NCBI GenBank assembly: GCA_965220215.1
Contig: OZ244809.1
Span: 989,366-1,053,365, forward strand
Source of the DNA: Dehalococcoidia bacterium
Lineage (GTDB): Bacteria; Chloroflexota; Dehalococcoidia; SHYD01
DNA length: 64,000 bases
Reading direction: 5' to 3'
In this document: positions 27,860 to 36,357 of the stretch, one piece after another
How the letters are laid out: each line of letters starts with the position of its first letter
How positions within the stretch are numbered: position 1 is the stretch's first letter
Program-made: the position numbers and the translations under genes
The notes under the pieces: model-generated
Told to the model about the DNA's origin: nothing
The model's database searches: none
What the model saw: only the letters and a program-made list of their open reading frames with translations

Positions 27860-29131
27860 CTACGTCGCTTTTTTCGACTCCGCACCGGCGGCGTCAGCCC
27901 GTGCCATAGTGTTGCCAAGGAAGGTCTGCGCCAACACCGATACCAGCAGCGCGCATACTGCCAGGTAGATAAATCCCGAGCCGTAGCCCTGCCACTCCGC
28001 AAAGAAGGCAAAGAGGGCGGGGCTAATGGTAGCGCCCAGCTGGGCGATAAGCCTCCAGATAGCAAAGAAGCGCCCTCTGGCAAACGCGGGCGCTAGGTCC
28101 GTCCCCAAGACCTGCATCGTGCCGCCCACTGTGCCCTGAGCCATCTGCACCAGGATGTACGCGCCCAGGAAGAAGGTTAGCGGGAGCGACAGGAACGAGG
28201 TGAAGGACATGACGATGACCGCCACCGCGTAAGAAGCCCACCCCGGCACGATAACCGACCGGCGGCCAAACTTGTCCATGAGATACCCCGTAATGAAGGG
28301 CACAGGCAGCCCAAAGACTACCGAGGCCGTATTCAAGAGCCCGAGGAGCTGCGGGCCCACGTTATACGCGTACACCGCGTAGAGGTTCAGCGACCCGTAT
28401 TCCTGGCCGCCGCGCGCCAGCTGTCCCGACATCTGCACGATGAAGAAGATGATCATCTGGAAGGTGAGCATGTAAGCAATGACGCCCCTCCAGCCCTCTT
28501 GCGTCCCGGCAGCGGTGGCGGCCGCAGCCTGGCGCGCTTTATCCGGCCTGCTCTCCTTGATCAGCCAGAAGCTGGGCAGCACGATAAAGAGCTCCAACGC
28601 AGCAAAAAGCACAAAAGGCACCCAGATGCCAAACTGCACCGCAAGGATGCCGCCCAGCGCAGGGCCAATGAGGTGCCCCGCCCGGCCAAAGCCCATCATC
28701 CACTGCACCTGGCGCGCCCGCTCATTGTCTGCCGCAGTGTCCGCAATCACCGCCAGCCGTGACTGCTGCCAGAGCTGGTTCGCGCCGCCTGCCAGGAAGC
28801 GCCACATTAAGAGCTGAGTGAACGTGCTGGAGAAGGGCGTCATGGCGGAACCCACAGCCTCCAGGATGGGGCCGGCCAGGAGCACCGGCTTCCTGCCGAT
28901 CTTATCGATGAGGTAGCCGGCGGGAAAGGTGACGGCCACACCGCCCGCGTTGTAGGCCACAAAGACTAGGGCGGCAGCGCCAAAGCCGACGTTGAAGGAC
29001 TTGGTGAACACGGGAATGATGGGCGCCACCATACTAACGCCAAAGGACAGCACCACTGAAGGAAGATAGAGGGAGAGAACCTGGTGGAGAGAGAACAGCC
29101 CGTTACGGCGAGCCTCGTTCATTGCCGGCAC
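27860..29131 (-). CDS. MFS transporter.
   Basis: 423 aa with 12 predicted TM helices and the MFS loop DKIGRKPVLL. Confidence 0.85.
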   Translation of the reverse strand: MPAMNEARRNGLFSLHQVLSLYLPSVVLSFGVSMVAPIIPVFTKSFNVGFGAAALVFVAYNAGGVAVTFPAGYLIDKIGRKPVLLAGPILEAVGSAMTPFSSTFTQLLMWRFLAGGANQLWQQSRLAVIADTAADNERARQVQWMMGFGRAGHLIGPALGGILAVQFGIWVPFVLFAALELFIVLPSFWLIKESRPDKARQAAAATAAGTQEGWRGVIAYMLTFQMIIFFIVQMSGQLARGGQEYGSLNLYAVYAYNVGPQLLGLLNTASVVFGLPVPFITGYLMDKFGRRSVIVPGWASYAVAVIVMSFTSFLSLPLTFFLGAYILVQMAQGTVGGTMQVLGTDLAPAFARGRFFAIWRLIAQLGATISPALFAFFAEWQGYGSGFIYLAVCALLVSVLAQTFLGNTMARADAAGAESKKAT

Positions 29132-29299
29132 CTGTTTCTAAGGCTAAGTGATTAGTTAGGCACCGCGCGCTTACGCGCCGAGCGCTGCCGAAGATACTAT
29201 CTTCCTTTGTGCAGCCTAGTGCAACCTACCCCGCGGTTACTGTACCGAAGGGCAATAGTGGATGGATTGACAGTGTCCTGAAACAGGACTAGCCTTGAA

Positions 29300-29327
29300 T
29301 TCCTGGCAGCGATCGCGCTGCCAGGAA
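29300..29327. promoter_or_regulatory. Perfect 12-4-12 palindrome TTCCTGGCAGCG-ATCG-CGCTGCCAGGAA in the divergent MFS/FKBP intergenic region; a candidate operator.
   Basis: Seen directly in the sequence. It lies about 40-65 bp upstream of the FKBP lipoprotein start and 170 bp upstream of the MFS start. Confidence 0.4.
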
Positions 29328-29363
29328 GCTTTTCACGAGAGCTAAAGCAAAGCGCCCAAAGGA

Positions 29364-29957
29364 GTGCATAATTTAGTGAAGCGGCAAGTGGGAATGGCGA
29401 TTCTGGCGATGGCGGTGCTTTCTCTCCTCGCATGTGGCGACAACGACGGCGACAGCGACAGCACCGGCACAAGTCCTAGCGCCGGCAGTGATACCAGCAG
29501 CGTTACCAGCACTCCTGCGCCAGCCGCAAGACAAGGAGGAGCAGTGCAAGACGGCGATACAGTAGAAGTCAACTATAGAGGGACACTTGACGACGGCGCG
29601 GAGTTCGATTCATCGTATGGTCGTGCACCGCTCAGCTTTGTTGTAGGACAGGGCCAACTCATTCCCGGTTTTGAGGGCGCTGTGAAGGGCCTTACTCTTG
29701 GCGATAAGGTCACTGTGCGCCTGGAGGCAGGTGATGCCTACGGCGAGCCATCAGACGATATGATCTTTGAAGTACCGCGAGCGCAAGCCCCGGAAGACGT
29801 CTCTGAGGGCGATCAGGTGCAGCTTAACAATGGCGCAGCGGCCACCATCGTACAGGTGACTTCTGAGATCGTGCGCATTGATGCCAATCACCCGCTGGCA
29901 GGCAAAGCCCTTACCTTTGAGATAGAGGTCGTCTCCATCAACGGGTTGGCGCGCTAG
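29364..29957 (+). CDS. FKBP-type peptidyl-prolyl isomerase lipoprotein.
   Basis: Lipobox AVLSLLACG. FKBP core VNYRGTLDDGAEFDSSY...LIPGFEGAVKGL is present. The start may instead be the internal Met at 29394. Confidence 0.85.
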   Translation: MHNLVKRQVGMAILAMAVLSLLACGDNDGDSDSTGTSPSAGSDTSSVTSTPAPAARQGGAVQDGDTVEVNYRGTLDDGAEFDSSYGRAPLSFVVGQGQLIPGFEGAVKGLTLGDKVTVRLEAGDAYGEPSDDMIFEVPRAQAPEDVSEGDQVQLNNGAAATIVQVTSEIVRIDANHPLAGKALTFEIEVVSINGLAR

Positions 29958-29976
29958 CTACTCACAAAAGACATAC

Positions 29977-30007
29977 CAAAAGGGACGGGCTAGCCCGTCC
30001 CTTTTTC
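29977..30007. terminator. Bidirectional rho-independent terminator AAAA-GGGACGGGC-ta-GCCCGTCCC-TTTTT.
   Basis: 9-bp GC stem flanked by an A-tract and a T-tract, between the convergent FKBP and desaturase genes. Confidence 0.85.
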
Positions 30008-30022
30008 TAACTTAGCGAGTGT

Positions 30023-30886
30023 TTAGCGAATAGCAGCTAGCGCTTGCCCTAGGTCTAGGCCCCATTCATCACGCAGCTTCTGGTGGAAGGCCCTGTTTGT
30101 AGTGAGCTTGAGCAAATGCAGCTTGCCAGTGACCTGCGAAACCTTGTCGAGGCTCTCTTTCATTGCGGTAACGTCCATGTTAGCCACTTGGAGCATGGCC
30201 TGGGAATGCTTCTTGTAGTCTCTAATGAAGGTGGGGCCAGGCATCTGGAAGCGGAGTAGCATGTCGTCCACCTCATCCATCAAGTGCCTGTCCTCTTTCA
30301 ACTCCATCTTACATTTCTCTAAGTAGAACTGGCAGTGACGGTACTCGTCCTTGGATACCAGGTTCAAGATAGTTTTCAGCAGCGGTTCCTTGGTAGACTC
30401 CGCAAATCGCTTATAGAACAGGCCGGTCACCTGCTCCTGGAGCGTGGTGTAGGTAAAGCTCTGCACGCGGGTCATGTTCATCTCTTCGTCGCCCCATGGG
30501 CCGGCGCGAGTCTCGTCCAGTTCCTTCAGAAGCTCTTTTGCGTCCACCATGCCGGTTGCTTCCAGATATGCCTTCAGCGCGGCGTAATGCTTCATCTCCT
30601 CGTAGGCCCAGGTGACCACAAAGGAAGTGAGCTCATGATCCTGGCGAAAGTAATCCAAAATACGGGCTGTATAGACGGGGTTGTGAGATTCCACTAGCAT
30701 GGCGCCGCGAATGGCGCCGATATCTTCCGGCGTCAGCAATTCTTTCTTGATACTGGAATAATCCAAGTCATTGAACTGCCACATCACCTTCTCATGAATG
30801 CGGAAGAACTTGTCAAAATGGGGGGAGAAGAGCATCCCGGGAGCGTTCTTAGGGGCAGAGCCCTGCCTGAACTTACTAAAGACCAT
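30023..30886 (-). CDS. Acyl-ACP desaturase (soluble di-iron stearoyl-ACP desaturase family, DesA-like).
   Basis: Two EExxH di-iron motifs, YEEMKHY and KDEYRHC. The gene is about 10-12 points lower in GC than its flanks. Confidence 0.8.
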   Translation of the reverse strand: MVFSKFRQGSAPKNAPGMLFSPHFDKFFRIHEKVMWQFNDLDYSSIKKELLTPEDIGAIRGAMLVESHNPVYTARILDYFRQDHELTSFVVTWAYEEMKHYAALKAYLEATGMVDAKELLKELDETRAGPWGDEEMNMTRVQSFTYTTLQEQVTGLFYKRFAESTKEPLLKTILNLVSKDEYRHCQFYLEKCKMELKEDRHLMDEVDDMLLRFQMPGPTFIRDYKKHSQAMLQVANMDVTAMKESLDKVSQVTGKLHLLKLTTNRAFHQKLRDEWGLDLGQALAAIR

Positions 30887-31014
30887 AGATATTACTCCAT
30901 GCTAGATATCAGCCAAATGGGCATAAACTCGTGAAAAGTTTCGCATAGACTATACCATGAGAAGCTCTCTCCCAAACGGACTCTTGAGACGATTTCTTAA
31001 GGAAATGTGGACTA

Positions 31015-31578
31015 TTAAATCCCGGATTTGCCCCTATCTAGGACCCATACACGCAGCAAGCCAGCTACGCTCTTAGCGTCTCTGATCTCCCCACTCTCTA
31101 TAAGCCGCACGGCTTCTGGCAGCGATGTTGGCACAAGCTGCAAGAGCTCGTCAACATCCGGAGCCAGTGGATTGTGGCGTAAATCCTTTGCCAAGAACAG
31201 GTGCAGATACTCCTCGGTGTAGCCGGGTGCGGCGTAGAAGCCGCCCAGAGCCTCCAACACGCCCGCAGAATAGCCCGTCTCCTCTTGCAGCTCTCGCATG
31301 GCGCTCTCTTCCGGCGACTCGCCAGGCTCCATCCCGCCCGCTGGCAGCTCCAAAAGGCTCGCACCAATGGCTTTGCGATACTGTCGCACTAGCAGCACAC
31401 GTCCCTCGGCATCAATGGGCGCCAGCACCACCGCAGGACCGTGCTCCACGATCTCGCGTTGACTGGTAATGCCGTTGGGCAACTGCACCGTATCCACACG
31501 CAGCCCGAGCACTCTACCGGAGAAGAGATGCTGGCTGGAGATGGTCTCTTCAGTTAGGGGATCGTGCTGCTGTGTCAT
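31015..31578 (-). CDS. NUDIX hydrolase, ADP-ribose pyrophosphatase type.
   Basis: Nudix box GESPEESAMRELQEETG is present. Confidence 0.8.
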   Translation of the reverse strand: MTQQHDPLTEETISSQHLFSGRVLGLRVDTVQLPNGITSQREIVEHGPAVVLAPIDAEGRVLLVRQYRKAIGASLLELPAGGMEPGESPEESAMRELQEETGYSAGVLEALGGFYAAPGYTEEYLHLFLAKDLRHNPLAPDVDELLQLVPTSLPEAVRLIESGEIRDAKSVAGLLRVWVLDRGKSGI

Positions 31579-31651
31579 AGCGATGTGCTGATCCTCGATC
31601 TAACACGATGCCCCGCCAAAGCGGGGCCTGGTGTCTTTTGTCTATCCCGCG

Positions 31652-32236
31652 CTAACCAGAGCGTCCGGCGTTGTTCCATACAGGCAGCAACGCAGAGGGC
31701 ACGTCTCCATCAGGGTCCTGCTGCAGGCTGTCTGCGCCGCCGGGCTGTAGGTTGTAGACCATAGCCACCTCATTACAATGAGGGAACTTAGGACAGCGCA
31801 GGCACTCGCCCCATACTTTGCGAGGGAGGGTCATCACGTCCACCTGTTTGAAGCCAAGCTGTTCGTAGTAGCCGGTCTTGAGCACCAAGACGAACACACT
31901 GCTAAGGCCCATACTCTTGGCCTCTTCCATGCAGTGGTGAATGAGCTGTTTGCCCAGCCCTTGGGACTGGTGGTCCTCACGTACTGCGACTGCCTTGATC
32001 TCCGCTAGGTCCGACCACACTACGTGGAGTGCAGAGCAGCCAATGATCTCGTCCCCTACCCGGATGACGAAGTAGTCACGAATATTCTCGTAAAGTTCGC
32101 TGAGGGGACGGTGTAACATCTCGTCCTGATTTGCGAAGTAGGTAATGAGCTGGTGGATCTTCGGGACATCACTAAGCTGAGCGCGCTGGATAGCAAGCTC
32201 TGCAGTGGCTGCACCGTCTACTTTCTGCTGTGCCAT
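31652..32236 (-). CDS. GNAT acetyltransferase, short N-acetylglutamate-synthase-like, with a C-terminal Cys cluster.
   Basis: GNAT core REDHQSQGLGKQLI and the C-terminal motif CLRCPKFPHCN are present. An internal Met start was chosen. Confidence 0.7.
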   Translation of the reverse strand: MAQQKVDGAATAELAIQRAQLSDVPKIHQLITYFANQDEMLHRPLSELYENIRDYFVIRVGDEIIGCSALHVVWSDLAEIKAVAVREDHQSQGLGKQLIHHCMEEAKSMGLSSVFVLVLKTGYYEQLGFKQVDVMTLPRKVWGECLRCPKFPHCNEVAMVYNLQPGGADSLQQDPDGDVPSALLPVWNNAGRSG

Positions 32237-32447
32237 AACCTGATGTCCGGATTCCGCCGCCCCTGAAACTGCATTCCTGATTGCAGAGGAATAGAGAATA
32301 AGTCTAGCACGAAAGCCCACGTTTGCGAAATAGGGATTTCACGCTACAATAGAGTCTACACACTGTGGGCGCAAGAGCGCCCATTGTGCGCTTTAGGGTG
32401 CAAGTAAAGCCACGAGCGGGGCACGCCGCTTGAAGGGAAGAGGTGCG

Positions 32448-33437
32448 ATGGCCGATGCATTCGGTGCTCTGCACGAACAAGTGGCGGAAAAGAGCCGCTT
32501 CGTCGCGCCGTTACTCTCGGAAGTTGCCAAGGTCATCGTGGGCCAGCCCCAGCTCCTGGAGCAGCTCCTCATTGGGCTGATGTGCAACGGGCACATCCTC
32601 ATTGAAGGCGTGCCCGGCCTCGCCAAGACCCTCACCGTCCGCACCTTCTCGGACGCGCTCCAGTGCCATTTCCAGCGCATACAGTTCACGCCTGACCTGT
32701 TGCCGGCCGACCTCATCGGCACGCTGGTCTACAATCCCCAGTCCGGCAGCTTCTCGCCCAGAAAGGGCCCCATCTTCGCCAACCTCATCCTGGCGGACGA
32801 GATTAACCGTGCCCCAGCCAAGGTGCAGAGCGCTCTGCTAGAGGCTATGCAGGAGCATCAGGTGACTATCGGGGACACCACCTATCCCCTCGACGATCCT
32901 TTCATGGTGCTGGCTACCGAGAACCCTATCGAGCAGGAAGGGACTTACCACCTCCCTGAAGCCCAGGTAGATCGCTTTATGCTCAAAGTGCTCGTCTCCT
33001 ACCCCACTCCTGAAGAGGAGCTGGTTATCATGGAGCGGATGATGGGGGAGGAGATGCCGCCTGTCCAGACTATGGTCACGCCTCAAGACCTGTTCGACGC
33101 CCGCCGAGTGGTGCGCAGCCTTAGTCTGGACGATGCGCTAAAGGACTATATCATCCAGATCATCTTCGCCACTCGGGAGCCGGAGCGCTTCAACATGCCG
33201 GATATGCGCCAGCTCATCGCCTACGGAGCTTCGCCGCGCGCCACCATTTACCTCGCGCTGGCTGCCAAGGCCCGGGCGTTCCTCCAAGGCCGCGCCTACG
33301 TCATCCCGGAGGACATCAAGGGGGTGGCCCATGAAGTCCTGCGCCATCGCATCATCGTAACCTACGAGGCAGAGGCGGAAGAGATCACGCCGGAGACGGT
33401 GATAGACCGGGTGCTGCATCAGGTGGCTGTGCCATGA
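32448..33437 (+). CDS. MoxR-family AAA+ ATPase.
   Basis: Walker A GVPGLAKT, Walker B ILADEINRA and sensor regions are present. Confidence 0.9.
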   Translation: MADAFGALHEQVAEKSRFVAPLLSEVAKVIVGQPQLLEQLLIGLMCNGHILIEGVPGLAKTLTVRTFSDALQCHFQRIQFTPDLLPADLIGTLVYNPQSGSFSPRKGPIFANLILADEINRAPAKVQSALLEAMQEHQVTIGDTTYPLDDPFMVLATENPIEQEGTYHLPEAQVDRFMLKVLVSYPTPEEELVIMERMMGEEMPPVQTMVTPQDLFDARRVVRSLSLDDALKDYIIQIIFATREPERFNMPDMRQLIAYGASPRATIYLALAAKARAFLQGRAYVIPEDIKGVAHEVLRHRIIVTYEAEAEEITPETVIDRVLHQVAVP

Positions 33438-34348
33438 CCTCCCAGGGCGCAGCGCAGGATGCTCACACCTTGGGCATCCCTGCGGAACTGCTGCGCAAGA
33501 TCCGCAGCATAGAGATACGTGTGCGCCGCATTCTGAATACCTCCTTCCTTGGCGAATACCACTCCGTCTTCCGCGGGCAGGGCATGGAGTTCTCCGAGGT
33601 GCGCGAATACCAGCCCGGCGACGACGTGCGCGCCATCGATTGGAACGTCACCGCCCGCATGGGGTACCCCTATATCAAACAGTTCGTAGAAGAGCGGGAA
33701 CTGACCGTCCTTCTAGTAGTGGACGTTTCTGCTTCCGGCGATTACGGCAGCGCGGACCAGTCCAAGCTGGAGGTGGCCACAGAAGTGGCGGCGCTGCTGG
33801 CTTTCTCCGCCATCCGCAATAACGACAAAGTGGGCCTTGTGGCCTTCAGTGACCGCGTAGAGAAGTTTGTGCCCGCCCGCAAAGGCCAGCAGCACGTCCT
33901 GCGCATCATCCGGGAGCTGCTCTACACCAAACCCCATGGCCGCGGCACCAACATCGTAGAAGCCCTACGCTACGCCAACCACCTGCAGCGACGGCGCAGC
34001 GTCATCTTCCTCCTGTCCGATTTCCTTACGGAGGACTTTGAGGCAACGCTGCGGGTGACCGGCCGTCGCCACGACGTCGTCGCAATCATGCTTAGCGACC
34101 CCAGGGAGGAGCAACTGCCCAATGCCGGCCTAGTAACCTTGGAGGACGCCGAAACCGGCGCTCTGGCCGTGGTGGATACGGGCAACCCCTCCGTACGCGC
34201 CGAGTATTATCGCCTGGCGCTGGAAGCACGGGCCAAGCGCAAAAGCACCCTGAAATCGCTGAAAGTAGACAACCTGGAGGTCTCTACACAGTCCTCCTAC
34301 CTGGAGCCGCTGGCAGTCTTTTTCAAGAGCCGGGCGCGGAGAACGTGA
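33434..34348 (+). CDS. DUF58 (VWA-like) protein, MoxR partner.
   Basis: EFSEVREYQPGDDVRAIDWNVTAR and VVDVSASG motifs are present. 4-bp overlap with the MoxR gene. Confidence 0.85.
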   Translation: MTSQGAAQDAHTLGIPAELLRKIRSIEIRVRRILNTSFLGEYHSVFRGQGMEFSEVREYQPGDDVRAIDWNVTARMGYPYIKQFVEERELTVLLVVDVSASGDYGSADQSKLEVATEVAALLAFSAIRNNDKVGLVAFSDRVEKFVPARKGQQHVLRIIRELLYTKPHGRGTNIVEALRYANHLQRRRSVIFLLSDFLTEDFEATLRVTGRRHDVVAIMLSDPREEQLPNAGLVTLEDAETGALAVVDTGNPSVRAEYYRLALEARAKRKSTLKSLKVDNLEVSTQSSYLEPLAVFFKSRARRT

Positions 34349-34349
34349 C

Positions 34350-35351
34350 ATGTCACGGATAAGGCTCACCGCCCTCGTCTTTTCTATTACTGCGCTGCTG
34401 CCGCTGATGGACACGCCCGCCGCTTGGGGCGCACCTGCCGCTGCCGAAACCGTGGCGGTAGAGACACGCCTCACACAGAACAGCTTCCGCGTGGGCGATC
34501 AGGTGGGGCTCCAAGTAATTGTCATGCACCCTCGTGAAACGCTTGTGCAGTACCCCACTCTCCAGGGCAAGCTGGGCTCGGCGGAAGCCCTCGGCTTCAA
34601 GGCCCTTACCCCAATCCTCGGCATAGACGGCATCCAGACTTCAACGGGGGAGTACGCCATTACCAGCTTCCTACCCGGCCAGTTCACCTTGCCGCTCATC
34701 ACCGTCACGTACACCGACACAGACGGCTCTCAGGCTTCTGCAACCAGCACACAACCCCTTGCTTTCGAGGTCGTCAGCGTCCTCACCGGCCCGGCGGAAG
34801 AGCCGCTGCGGGACATCAAGCCGCCCTTAGCCATCGCCAAGGTCCCGACGTCTTACACCAATCCCATAGCATGGACGGCCCTCGTTTTGGGCAGCTTGGG
34901 CCTAGCTGCCATTACTGCCCGACGCATCAAGGGAAGCAGGAGGCGTCCCGTCCCCGTGGCTTTGGGAAGGACGCTGGACGATGTGACACGCGAGGAGCTA
35001 GACCGCATCGGGGCGATGGGTCTGGTGGACCAGGGCCGCTACTCTGACTATTGCAGTCTCATCTCCGCAGCGGTGCGCAACTATATCGACCAACGTTTTG
35101 AGCTGGAGTTCACGGCTTCTACGACCACAGAGATTCGAGGCCAACGGCTGCAGGAGCGTTTGGGCACCTGGGAGACCCGCGTAGTGCTGGGACTCTTGGA
35201 GGAGTGCGACGCCATCCGCTGGGCGCATTACCATCCCGATCCACAGCGGGCCGCTCGTTTGCTGAACATGGCCTACGAGATACTAGACTTAACTGCAGAG
35301 GAACCTGCGGAAGTGGCGAATGAAACCCTTGCGGGAAGGGAAGCGCGGTAA
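34350..35351 (+). CDS. Membrane protein of the Bat-like operon (signal peptide, extracytoplasmic domain, one TM helix, cytoplasmic tail).
   Basis: Assigned by position between the DUF58 and VWA genes. No catalytic motif. Confidence 0.5.
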   Translation: MSRIRLTALVFSITALLPLMDTPAAWGAPAAAETVAVETRLTQNSFRVGDQVGLQVIVMHPRETLVQYPTLQGKLGSAEALGFKALTPILGIDGIQTSTGEYAITSFLPGQFTLPLITVTYTDTDGSQASATSTQPLAFEVVSVLTGPAEEPLRDIKPPLAIAKVPTSYTNPIAWTALVLGSLGLAAITARRIKGSRRRPVPVALGRTLDDVTREELDRIGAMGLVDQGRYSDYCSLISAAVRNYIDQRFELEFTASTTTEIRGQRLQERLGTWETRVVLGLLEECDAIRWAHYHPDPQRAARLLNMAYEILDLTAEEPAEVANETLAGREAR

Positions 35352-35360
35352 GGCAGCGTC

Positions 35361-36350
35361 ATGACGTTCCATCTTGGTGAGCCGTTTGCCCTGCTGTTGC
35401 TCATTGCCCTGGTGCCGCTGCTGCTGTGGCGAATCCGCACCAGCGGACAGGCACGCGGCACGCTGCGCTTCTCCAGCGTAGCTATTGCGAGCAAGCTCCC
35501 GGTAACGCCCCGGCAGCGGCTGGGATTTGTGATGGACGCGCTGCGTGTGTTGACCCTCGTGATGCTCATCGTAGCGCTGGCCCGCCCCAGCATTAGCCGC
35601 GCCGTGGAGGTCATCCCCACAGAAGGCATTGACATCGTCCTTGCCATCGACGTCTCCTACAGCATGGCAGCCACGGATATGGGGGCTCTAACTCGCCTTG
35701 AGATGGCCAAGGGCACTATAGAAGAGTTTGTGGCAGGCCGCTCCGGCGACCGTATGGGCCTGGTGGCCTTTGCGTCCGAAGCCGTGACGGTTAGCCCGCT
35801 GACCCTAGACTACCCCCTGCTGCTGCAAACGCTCTCCGAGACGGGGCATGGCCGCCTTCCCGAAGGAACAGGCATTGGCAACGGCCTTGCCACAGCGGTC
35901 AACCTGCTGCGAGAGGGCCAGGGCAAATCCCGGCTGGTCATTCTCCTAACGGACGGACAGAACAACGCCGGAGACATTGCACCCAACACCGCCGCGGAGA
36001 TGGCGCACCTGCTGAAGGCCCGTGTGTACACCGTAGGCGTCGGCAGCGATGCCAGCGCCAATCCCAGTAGCGGCGGCACGCGCCGGGGCGTGGTCTCTAT
36101 GGACACTGTTATCGACGAAGAAACCCTGCGCACCATCAGCGAGATTACCGGCGGCTCCTATTTCCGGGCCGTTGATGAGGACGCGCTGCGAAACATTTAC
36201 CGGCTCATCAGCAATCTGGAGACCACCCAGAGCGGCGAGACAAAGTACGTTGATATCATAGACCTTAGGACACCGTTCCTGTTGCTGGCCTGTCTGTTCT
36301 TGTTGCTAGAGATAGCCGCTCGTACTCTAGGCTTTAAGCGCATTCCATAG
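35361..36350 (+). CDS. VWA-domain membrane protein (BatA-like).
   Basis: N-terminal TM helices and the MIDAS motif DIVLAIDVSYSM are present, plus a C-terminal TM helix. Confidence 0.85.
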   Translation: MTFHLGEPFALLLLIALVPLLLWRIRTSGQARGTLRFSSVAIASKLPVTPRQRLGFVMDALRVLTLVMLIVALARPSISRAVEVIPTEGIDIVLAIDVSYSMAATDMGALTRLEMAKGTIEEFVAGRSGDRMGLVAFASEAVTVSPLTLDYPLLLQTLSETGHGRLPEGTGIGNGLATAVNLLREGQGKSRLVILLTDGQNNAGDIAPNTAAEMAHLLKARVYTVGVGSDASANPSSGGTRRGVVSMDTVIDEETLRTISEITGGSYFRAVDEDALRNIYRLISNLETTQSGETKYVDIIDLRTPFLLLACLFLLLEIAARTLGFKRIP

Positions 36351-36357
36351 TGAGCTT

